From Paramoeba atlantica (Eukaryota; Protista; Discosea), in assembly GCA_977017575.1 (NCBI GenBank), contig CDRNVI010000015.1, positions 310,001 to 374,000 of the forward strand: DNA of 64,000 nucleotides, read 5' to 3'. The number at the start of each line of letters is the position of its first letter. The stretch's first letter is position 1. Position numbers and translations under genes: made by a program. Positions 52,748 to 61,762 of this stretch are shown here, piece after piece. The notes beneath the pieces were generated by a model. The model made no database searches. It worked only from the letters and a program-made list of their open reading frames with translations, and was not told where the DNA came from.

Positions 52748-53860
52748 ATGCTGAAAACCCCACGTGTTTCTATAGCGGTAGGTCTAAAGGTTTGTGGACA
52801 ATGTTTTGCAATGCCTTGTACGCCACTGTTGTCTATGTATTCTGCCAATGTACGATACTTTTCGTCCAAAAAAATACTCATACCGAGCTCTCGTAGGGTT
52901 ATAAAACATTCAAATCCTTATCGTAATCGTCCATTCCCACACAAGCTTTTTTTAAGCATTTGCGTTAGCTGCGCTATCATTGGGGTTCTCATCGGTCAAT
53001 ATGCAGAAATTGATGAAAAAACTCTACCGAATGTATTCGTGAAAGAAGACATTGAGCAATCTCTTAAAGAGCATTTTGAATTCCGTCCGGATCTTGCTGC
53101 GGCGCTGATTCGATACGTCTACGTATACATTCTATTTCGAGCACTCGATATTCCTTCCGAGAAACTTCATGCACAGTTTCCTGGTTTACAAGACGCCGAA
53201 GATCTTATCGATACGTTGTGTCAAAGAAATATAATTTCATACGGAGACGCACTGACACTCGCAGCCGCATACGCCGTTACGTTTCTCCGCGGGCCGAAGA
53301 TTAACTGGCGTTGCGGACGTAAAGACAGCGCACGGGTACTTTATGAGTTGTCTCACACAGACTTACCTTCAAGTACGGGAAGTTTGGAAGCGTGGTTGAC
53401 TCTTTTTGAACGACTTGGATTTACACAAGAAGAGTTTGTAGCTCTCCTCGGGGCGCATACTGTTGGTACCGTACGCCATGCCGCAAATTTTCCTCTTCAA
53501 TGGACAGAAGATAAATATCGGTTTAATAATAGCTACTACAAAGTGTTGCGGGAAAAATTGTACAAGGTTCCAATTTATCCAGCGAGCGGCTTTCTTGTTG
53601 CGATATGCTCTCCAGGGGATATGCATAAAAAGAAATTGGCTGCTTTGCCTTGCGAAATTGCTATGATGAATAACCCGGTTACGAAGGGACTCGTCACACG
53701 TTTTGCAGAATCAGAGGAAGACTGGTTCGAGGTGTTCGGTATTTCCTTCATGAAACTTTGCGAGCTTGGTTGGGAGCAACAATCACTTAGAGAATACATT
53801 CCTTTTGGTAGCGCAGACGTTATACGAAACTATATTAAGAAACGGAATAGCACTTCATAA
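52748..53860 (+). CDS. Class I heme peroxidase-like protein (APX/CcP family), distal His absent
   Basis: ISYGDALTLAA, INWRCGRKD, FVALLGAHTVG, WT...FNNSYYKVL, WFEVFGISFMKLCELG. Basic presequence plus one TM segment. Confidence 0.85.
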   Translation: MLKTPRVSIAVGLKVCGQCFAMPCTPLLSMYSANVRYFSSKKILIPSSRRVIKHSNPYRNRPFPHKLFLSICVSCAIIGVLIGQYAEIDEKTLPNVFVKEDIEQSLKEHFEFRPDLAAALIRYVYVYILFRALDIPSEKLHAQFPGLQDAEDLIDTLCQRNIISYGDALTLAAAYAVTFLRGPKINWRCGRKDSARVLYELSHTDLPSSTGSLEAWLTLFERLGFTQEEFVALLGAHTVGTVRHAANFPLQWTEDKYRFNNSYYKVLREKLYKVPIYPASGFLVAICSPGDMHKKKLAALPCEIAMMNNPVTKGLVTRFAESEEDWFEVFGISFMKLCELGWEQQSLREYIPFGSADVIRNYIKKRNSTS

Positions 53861-54300
53861 AATTTGAAATGAAGACAATAGACGAGAAAATGGAGATTAA
53901 TGGTGGAATCTCTCTTTTTGCACCTGATTTTTTTATAAGACAAGTACAGGTGTAACGTCATCCTTTTACTTATCCTGTCAAAAAGGCGGAAAAATGAAAA
54001 AAGAACATGTGATAAGTCGCATGGTACGACAAGTCACGTAGTATTAAGTATGAACGAGTGCCAAGGGACAATGGAAGCATTTGCGGCCTTTATTGTAGCC
54101 CTGAAAAAGATCGGTCGAAACGCAAGTTATTTACTTGAAGTAAATAATTCTAGTATTCAGTGTTCTTCAACATTTAAAAACGGGAAAAATGGAGATTTGA
54201 CCGATTTCGGTAATCAGACGCAATTCTGGTTTTATATGCATATTTATAATCGCATATATATTCTAAATACATATAAAAGATTCCTTTAAAAAGAGCAAAT

Positions 54301-54626
54301 ATTTTACGTGCCTTCATCGGGCAAGGCACTCATATGCTATGTCTGTTTTGCACAAATTTGGCACTAGATTGTTGTTCTGATTCGCAAGGGAAAAAAATGA
54401 GAGATACAGATTTCTGTATACTACATGAAAGGAAGACACATTTCACATGCCTTCATCGGGCAAGACACTCATATGCTATGTCTGTATTGCACAAATTTGG
54501 CACTAGATTAGCACATTTTATATGCATATTTAAAACATGTATAAGTAAAGAACAAACATTTTATGTACATTCATCGTGAAAGGCACTCATATGCTATGTC
54601 TGTATTGCACAAATTTGGCACTAGAT
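54301..54626 (+). repeat. Three ~70 bp direct repeats separated by unique 69 and 48 bp spacers
   Basis: Copies at 54301-54370, 54440-54509 and 54558-54626 share CACTCATATGCTATGTCTGT(A/T)TTGCACAAATTTGGCACTAGAT. Confidence 0.92.
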
Positions 54627-54819
54627 AATCTAAGATTGATGTTCTGATATCACACAGCAAAACATTATGGGACGCAAGGTTTCATCAATAGTCGAATAAT
54701 GATAAATGTGTTTGGCTCAATTTCACCATCATGGACTTTTGCATACATAGTTGTACTGCATGCGCGGTTCTATTCTTCATTTCATAATAGACCGTATATT
54801 GTTTTTCGTACAGTTATAA

Positions 54820-56307
54820 ATGCACTGTCCTCTACACCGTTCCTATGGTAGGAACTTCTTTAGGCCGCGTGCTTACAGTCTCAGCATGAATCGCGTTCCG
54901 ATTTATGGAAACTTTACCTTTTTCCGTTCATATTCGGAGGCGATGATGCTCTCTCAAAGTAATATCGAAAGGCCGCGCTACGATAATAAAGGCAGACAAC
55001 ATGGACTTGATCGAGTATATAAACTTGGAGACTTAGAACCAGGAGACTGGATTTGTGTTGATTGTAAAACTATAAATTACCGTCGTCGAATCGATTGTCG
55101 CCGCTGTGGTAAATTGAATTCCTCAAAAGCATCGCATCCCATGGAAAATGCTGAGGATAAGATGCGAACTTGGGAATGCAAAAGATGTGGCTTACACAAT
55201 GAGATAGGATACGCAAAGTGCCGGCACTGTAACTCTAATTCGCCTCCTGGATTACTTTCCCCACGTGACGGTGACTGGATCTGCTCTTCCTGTTTCTTTT
55301 TCAACTTCGCCAAAGAAGAGAAATGCCAAAAATGTCATAAGGCACTTTCCGACGAAAAACGCATTTCTGTACAAGGGCCGAAACGCACACAAGTGTGTTC
55401 CTGGCGTTGTGTATGTCGACATCGAAATTTACACGGTTGCATGAAGTGCACTAAGTGTTTACTTGATATTCCGGCCGAAATCTCTGCTTTGATTAAGTGC
55501 ACGCCACATTCCTTTACTTGTCACACGTGTCACATGTTAAATTTTATTCCACACCTAGTATGTTCCTTTTGCGGAACAACGCGAGCCGACAAAACGCCAC
55601 CCTACGAAGTTCCTGGGTGCTGGAAATGCTCGCTGTGTAGCATGTGGTCCGCTCCTTTTAGGCCGAACTGTACACGATGCAACCGTCTTCGAGACCTTAC
55701 ATGCTTGGTGACTCCCTCTCAAAATTTAGCAAAATCGCCTCTTTTAGCAGGCAGACCGGGAGACTGGATGTGTCACTGTCGCAGATGTAATTTTTCCACC
55801 ATGCAGCATTGTCCACGGTGTCAAACGCCGAAGTCGGATGTCAGAAACAAACCCTTTGCTCCATCCGGTAATCATTGCCTAGTTAGTGACGAGACGTTTG
55901 CAATTGTGATGTATACCCAATTTTTGTTACCGCAGGGCTTTTGGTCTTGTCATTCCTGTGGGTGCGTCAATGCCATCTGGGTCAGCAAATGCTTGAAATG
56001 CAATGAACCTTACTCGAATAATTCTCTCGCCACGGATGCCTCGTGTCATTGGACACTTCGCGAGTGCAGGCAAAAGAAAACTCCTGAAGAAGTTTATAGT
56101 GGCATGAAAACATGGCAATGCAAATTTTGTGAAATTGAAAACAGTATTTTTCATGCTTTTTGTGTTAAATGCAGATCATTTAAAGTTCAGACTGATTTGT
56201 CGCTCCCTAGAGGCTATAAATATTGCACTTATTGTTCTCACATCAACTCACGCGCTAGAGGAAAATGCTTCAGATGTCCTGGTCTTTTAGAGTCTTCAAA
56301 GTCTTAA
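54820..56307 (+). CDS. Multi-RanBP2-type zinc-finger protein (10 fingers), paralog of 44018..45526
   Basis: Ten finger units (PGDWICVDCKTINYRRRIDCRRC etc.). The last finger CSHINSRARGKCFRCPGLLE matches the paralog's CSHVNNRARIKCLRCTGLVE. Confidence 0.88.
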   Translation: MHCPLHRSYGRNFFRPRAYSLSMNRVPIYGNFTFFRSYSEAMMLSQSNIERPRYDNKGRQHGLDRVYKLGDLEPGDWICVDCKTINYRRRIDCRRCGKLNSSKASHPMENAEDKMRTWECKRCGLHNEIGYAKCRHCNSNSPPGLLSPRDGDWICSSCFFFNFAKEEKCQKCHKALSDEKRISVQGPKRTQVCSWRCVCRHRNLHGCMKCTKCLLDIPAEISALIKCTPHSFTCHTCHMLNFIPHLVCSFCGTTRADKTPPYEVPGCWKCSLCSMWSAPFRPNCTRCNRLRDLTCLVTPSQNLAKSPLLAGRPGDWMCHCRRCNFSTMQHCPRCQTPKSDVRNKPFAPSGNHCLVSDETFAIVMYTQFLLPQGFWSCHSCGCVNAIWVSKCLKCNEPYSNNSLATDASCHWTLRECRQKKTPEEVYSGMKTWQCKFCEIENSIFHAFCVKCRSFKVQTDLSLPRGYKYCTYCSHINSRARGKCFRCPGLLESSKS

Positions 56308-57374
56308 AATTCTTATTACGTAAGTACCGGGTACTACCCTCATTCGTACACTTGGTTACATGCCGTGTCTTGGGAAAGGAACGGTCTGCACAGGGTATGT
56401 TTTTCTGGAAAAGGTCATAATATTCATCAATATTAAGACGGAAATTAAGAAAACTTTAATTAAGGAAATAATTTCGTGTCACAAAGAAATCTTTCTTAAT
56501 TAAAATCTTCCTTGATTTCCGTTTCTACGGTTTTTTGAACTTATAATTATAATTATAATCACTTATGGATGTGAAACTGGTGAACCTGGAGGGGAGTAAA
56601 AGTTGTTATCTTAGCCACTTGCTATCACAAGTTCACATATAAGCGCTTCAAATAGATAATCGTTCTAATCCTATGTCAGTAAGGTTATCAAGCTCATGAG
56701 GCATGGATGTTCTAGTGATTCTTCGGAACGTATATTGCCGATCACTTTGCCAAAGTGAGTTTCTAGAGCGCCTATAATTGTTTGACGTAGAACGCACTCG
56801 TGCTCACAAACGAGTTCATTGAACTTAAGAGTTTCATCCAGAGCGTGCTCTCGGTCACTTTCACTCATTTCGAAAATGGAGCGAAACCAGAGAACTTTTC
56901 TTTCAATCCACCTTTTTTATGGTCTAAAAACAACCTAAGTAAAGTCCACTACAGTAGAAAAGTGGCCGTTGTGGCTTGCACAAGTTGTCACTGGCTTGCA
57001 GTGGCAGTACGCATGAGGTCCATTAAGGAAAGTAGTGACAGAATTCTAGTGACAGGATACTAGAAAATTAATAGAAATCACAAAAAAGAGGAATCGAAAA
57101 AATGAGGTTGACCCATATTCATATTTGGGGATATCTGAATTTGTTTTCCTAAAACAAAAAAAATATCGATCGAATCGGTCGAAGTTGCATTTATAATTAC
57201 TTATGAAAGACATAGGAATTATAAGTCATAAGAGAGTAAAAGTGTGAGTTCAAGGCGTATTTATAATTACTTATGGAGGGGGGAGTAGTATAGTATCATA
57301 ACATAATATATGTTTTTATGAAGAACTGCCCTTTGTGTTGGCTCGGATAAGGCTAATATTGCAACGGATATCTT

Positions 57375-59102
57375 ATGATAGAATCGCTGCAAGATCACAG
57401 TGACAAGTGGAATCGGCCGCACTGGGGTAGCCTTTTGATGTATGTCATGGCCAGTATGGCTGCTGGAGGAGCCTATGCAACAATAATACGATTTCCGGCC
57501 CTAGCCTACCTGCACCACGGCATGCCTTTCTTTACAGCTTACAAAATTTGCCTTACGTGTTTGTGTTTTCCCATGATGATCCTTGAGGTGGGAATTGGTC
57601 AAGTGCAGCAAACCGGGTGCGTTGACGCACTCTCAGAAATTCATCCTCGTCTGTACGGAGCGGCGTTAGCATACGTGCTCGTCGGTAGTATATTCAGTAC
57701 TGCTTATGCAGCTGTTGTTTTCTCGTGGAGCGAAATTTACATTTGGGAGGGCGCTTTTACGGCTAAAGAAAATCTTTTTAGCAACGTGCAACAAGCCGTG
57801 CATTTTTTTGAATCGTACGTGATGAAAGTGGACGCCCGTGCTACCGTGGTAGACGGATGGCATTTTCAATGGCACGTCTTGGTTGCCATATTTTTTCTAT
57901 ACTCTCTCGCAGCATGGGGGGTAGGAACCGGTATCGCCACCTGGCCGCGCACTCTCTTTATCAGCTTTCTCGTACCGTGTCTAGTTGTGCTCGCACTTCT
58001 TGGGGTGGTCCTTGCGGATCCTGGTTACCACCCCGGGCTTCGAGCCTTCTTTGTCATGGAGCCCAGTGTTATGTATAGCACGCAACTCTGGAGCGACGCA
58101 TTTAGCCAAGCGCTACTAAGTCTTGCGTTGGGTAGAGGAATTATGTTAACATATGGTTCCTTTCACAAGCCAAGTCACAACAATCTTAAGTACTGTACCT
58201 GGACAGTTCTATTGCAAAGCCTGCTTAGTTTTGCCGTTGGTCTTTGTACATTCGGTGTTCTCGGCACCATACCACCCGATACGTTGTTGACTGCTCCCTA
58301 TCATGACCTCTATATTGCGTTTATTGTGTACCCTGTCCTGTGTGCTTCTCTTCCGCTCGGGGGTGTACTGCTTTCCGTATTTTTTCTTCTCCTGTTTTTC
58401 CTGGGAGTTGCCGCGCTTACTCCCGCCTTGCATACAATACAATCCCTCTTGCAGGCAAAATTTACTCACACCCATCCAGCTTTACTTTTGTCTCTCATCT
58501 GTGTTCTTTGTGTTTCGATCAGCACGGTCTTTTGCTTTCCGTATTTGGGATATCGCCTACTCTTGTCGTTGGATATGCATCTCGTTGATTTCTGTTTGCC
58601 TTTTCATGCCCTTTCACTTAGCATCGGGGCGGGCTACATGTGGAGCTCGCACAGTATGGCACGAGAGGTACGCGAGCTGGGGCACAACGGTGTTCGACGA
58701 CTCCTTGATTACATTCCTGTGGGAGTGCAACATAGCATAGGGAATCTTCGCGAGGCATTAAGAAAAGTTGGAAAGAGGAACGTCGATGGCTTTCTGTTCC
58801 CTTTACTCATTAAAATGGTTCTTCCGGTGGTGTGTGCCTTAGCCATCACGGTCACGATTCGCACGGCGTGTAAAATATACCTCTGCGGTTCTCCGCAGTA
58901 CTCTACTTCCACATATTTCATTGGCATCGGGATTTCGGGAATTACTGTTCTTCTCACTCTCGGAGGGTTAGTGTTCGGTGGGAACAGAGAAAAATTTCCA
59001 TTGCCTTGGTCAGACGAACTGCGATGGGAGTCACTTGTTCACCACAAACGATTGCTTCCGTTTTCTTCTTTTGAAGCGGACACTTCGCAAGATTTAATTT
59101 GA
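57375..59102 (+). CDS. Sodium:neurotransmitter symporter (SLC6/NSS) family transporter, divergent
   Basis: W.S...Y....IRFP.LAY, LEVGIGQ, LWSDAFSQALLSLALGRG.MLTYGSF and IAFIVYP; about 12 TM segments. Confidence 0.85.
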   Translation: MIESLQDHSDKWNRPHWGSLLMYVMASMAAGGAYATIIRFPALAYLHHGMPFFTAYKICLTCLCFPMMILEVGIGQVQQTGCVDALSEIHPRLYGAALAYVLVGSIFSTAYAAVVFSWSEIYIWEGAFTAKENLFSNVQQAVHFFESYVMKVDARATVVDGWHFQWHVLVAIFFLYSLAAWGVGTGIATWPRTLFISFLVPCLVVLALLGVVLADPGYHPGLRAFFVMEPSVMYSTQLWSDAFSQALLSLALGRGIMLTYGSFHKPSHNNLKYCTWTVLLQSLLSFAVGLCTFGVLGTIPPDTLLTAPYHDLYIAFIVYPVLCASLPLGGVLLSVFFLLLFFLGVAALTPALHTIQSLLQAKFTHTHPALLLSLICVLCVSISTVFCFPYLGYRLLLSLDMHLVDFCLPFHALSLSIGAGYMWSSHSMAREVRELGHNGVRRLLDYIPVGVQHSIGNLREALRKVGKRNVDGFLFPLLIKMVLPVVCALAITVTIRTACKIYLCGSPQYSTSTYFIGIGISGITVLLTLGGLVFGGNREKFPLPWSDELRWESLVHHKRLLPFSSFEADTSQDLI

Positions 59103-59261
59103 TTCAAATGTACACTCACAGTGAGTGTAGTGAGTCACTACACACGAATAAAACAACAAACTTTCGAATTATACGAGCCTTAGAATCGATCTTTGGGGTG
59201 CATTTATTTTTTGGTCAACATTCCTCTTATTTCTTATCTCACATATTGACTTGATATACAC

Positions 59262-59993
59262 ATGCGCAGTAAACCAGAGGCAGCGCGAGACCACAAAAGA
59301 AAGCGATCACAGTTGCCGCCGAAGAATGCTTCCCCTGAGATACAAAGTAGAAAGGTCTCGACGCAGCCTCAACCGGCTCAAGCGCATGGAACATCGAACA
59401 GCTCTGCTAACCTCCTGGAGACCAATTCCACTCACACGCGTCTCTCTATTCCTAATCCCCCTTTGACGTTGCCTTCCACACTTCAGACTCCACAAGGCCA
59501 AATATTGCGACGTCCGCAAACTTATCTTGGTCAGCATCCTGGAGTCATTCGTCAAACGTTCTCCTTGGGTGCGACATCAAAGCGAGCCTCAGAACGTTCT
59601 CCCTCTCCGCTTGTTCCGACCCCGAGAAGTTCTCATCGGTTTGACCCCAAAGGGTCTGCGATTTCGCGTCCTCCGTTTCCCACTCAAGTCTCGCGTCGGC
59701 AACCGATACTTCCGTTGGATTCGCTTGATGCTCAAATGGTTCGCACCGGGCCTCACCCTACCGTATACCGTCACGTGATCGCCGGAGCCGACCCACAGCA
59801 ACTTGAACTGGACAGCACCAGCGCAACCCCCAGTTCTGGAATCCGAAATGTTCTCGGGAATGGACCCTTCTTTCCTAAATGCTCCCAAATAGATCCCGTA
59901 CTCGAGGAACGGGGAAAACAGTGGACGAATGAAGTCGCGAACTTTTTTTCCGAAATTGATAAGCGTTCGTTAAATGTTTGTATATCCGAATAA
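59262..59993 (+). CDS. Disordered S/P/R-rich protein with Sororin-like C-terminal motif
   Basis: 243 aa low-complexity ORF ending KQWTNEVANFFSEIDKRSLNVCISE. Confidence 0.6.
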   Translation: MRSKPEAARDHKRKRSQLPPKNASPEIQSRKVSTQPQPAQAHGTSNSSANLLETNSTHTRLSIPNPPLTLPSTLQTPQGQILRRPQTYLGQHPGVIRQTFSLGATSKRASERSPSPLVPTPRSSHRFDPKGSAISRPPFPTQVSRRQPILPLDSLDAQMVRTGPHPTVYRHVIAGADPQQLELDSTSATPSSGIRNVLGNGPFFPKCSQIDPVLEERGKQWTNEVANFFSEIDKRSLNVCISE

Positions 59994-60497
59994 TGGGGAA
60001 TAGGGCTTCTTTGGCAAACAATTGATCGTGCCTATAAATATGAAGGTACACTATGTGTCGCACAGTGACTAGGGTGTCTCATGACTACACGTTGGGTAGG
60101 CTATCGTTTTGTCAATTAGTCGATTTCTTGGTGAGATGTGTGCAAAGTAAAATTTTAGGCTGGCATTCCGAAGTTGTAGATGAAACCGAAAGCCTACATT
60201 GGTTACAACGAAAGACATGTGCAAAGTTACATGATAAGAGACATTCACCTCATTCTCTAGTAATTAGTAAGTTTTAGTCTGTCTCTGAATAGTCTAGTCT
60301 ATTCTCTGAATAAATTTTGTTCTCCACATTCGGACAGTGATTTCTCAGCATAAAGAGCATTGAGTTATCTACACGGACAATACTACACTCACATTGTATC
60401 AAACTAGTGGGAGCGTGAAGTATTTTATACTTCTCTTTTTTCAAATAGGGAATTAACTTCGAATATTTCTAATAATTTTTGCCTTTGGTCTGGTTTT

Positions 60498-60983
60498 ATG
60501 CCCTGGTTTTTAAGTTGGCGACGTATCGCATGTAGCGCCATGAGCGCGGGCCTTGCCGGCACTCAGTTGTATTGGATAGCAGCCTCTGAACTTCGGTTTC
60601 GCGATTCTCACACGTGGAAAAGCACTAAGGGTACTATAACGCGCAACTATTATGCCCCAGAAATGCTTGGTGCGACAAATTTGGAATATACTTTTGTCGT
60701 AGATGGAAAAGAATACCAAGGGAAACGATTAAGGAGTGGATCGATCTGGAATGAGGAAAGCCTTCAGCAACCACAATTCTTTCGCGAAGGATCTCCGACT
60801 GTTGTCTACTACGATCCGCATGATCCTACACAGAGTGCAATATCTTTAGCCCCGGATCGAGGTACACAATTTTTACTAGTCATAAACGTTCTGTGCGGTC
60901 TAACATTTGCTTATCGCGCTGTCCGATGTCCTGGGATCCTTCCTGGAACAACGCATTACGCATGGAAACGAAACAAAGTTTGA
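60498..60983 (+). CDS. DUF3592-like membrane protein
   Basis: TM, then WKSTKGTIT...YTFVVDGKEYQG...VVYYDPHDPTQS, then TM. Confidence 0.75.
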   Translation: MPWFLSWRRIACSAMSAGLAGTQLYWIAASELRFRDSHTWKSTKGTITRNYYAPEMLGATNLEYTFVVDGKEYQGKRLRSGSIWNEESLQQPQFFREGSPTVVYYDPHDPTQSAISLAPDRGTQFLLVINVLCGLTFAYRAVRCPGILPGTTHYAWKRNKV

Positions 60984-61131
60984 CTTCCAGCTTTAATGGC
61001 TCAATAATTGTGGTTGGAAACTATTCGAAGTTGGACTCTTAAACGTAGTTCTTGTCATAATTTTATTTAATGGCTTTAACCGTCTCATTTAATTCCAGTT
61101 ATACATTATTTTGAAGTATTGGTTACTCTTC

Positions 61132-61473
61132 ATGTCAAAGCATCACTCAGACACACTGTTGTGTCGGAAAAGAGTGGGCACAGCTCTTGGCAAAGTATGT
61201 TCCCGATGTGAAGGTAGATGTCCAATTTGTGACGCTCACTGCCGTTCAGAAACAGCTGTTCAAATATGCGACGAGTGTAATTTTCTAATGGGAATCCAAG
61301 AACCAAAATGCATCATATGCAATGCTAAAGGGGCTAGAGCGCAGGCGTATTACTGCCATGAGTGTACCATGCAAGGACTGGATAGAAATGGGTGTCCTCA
61401 GGTAGTTTCACTTGGTTCTGCTCGTCTAGATGCAATTTTTGAGAAGTCTCGAAAAGATCGCGAAAATAGATAA
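61132..61473 (+). CDS. PHF5A: SF3b subunit PHF5A/Rds3
   Basis: MSKHHSDTLLCRK..G.A.G..C..CEGRCPICD...ICDECN...KCIIC...AYYCHEC...DRNGCP.VV.LGS. Confidence 0.93.
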   Translation: MSKHHSDTLLCRKRVGTALGKVCSRCEGRCPICDAHCRSETAVQICDECNFLMGIQEPKCIICNAKGARAQAYYCHECTMQGLDRNGCPQVVSLGSARLDAIFEKSRKDRENR

Positions 61474-61762
61474 AGAAGTCCACCTAATTTTCTAGCCTCT
61501 ATTGTGACACTTTTGGACACTCTTCACAATGAATCATACTTCACTATCACATGCTTCCTATCGCTCGATGGTGCTCCACAATGCTTGATTTCTCAACAAA
61601 TCCTTCGGAGAGAACAGGCCGTTCTAACTTTTTTTATTTCTCAATAAAATCATAACAAAAACATAGGTTATAATCGGTCATTCATTATTAAATTTATTAA
61701 TGTGTGGCTTACGTCATTCTTAAACTGTTGCCATCTACTTCCGTTTTTCATTCAGACGCCCC

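Noticed and set aside
54301-54626. CRISPR array interpretation
   Set aside because: Eukaryotic context, repeats of ~70 bp, only three copies, unequal spacers and no cas genes.
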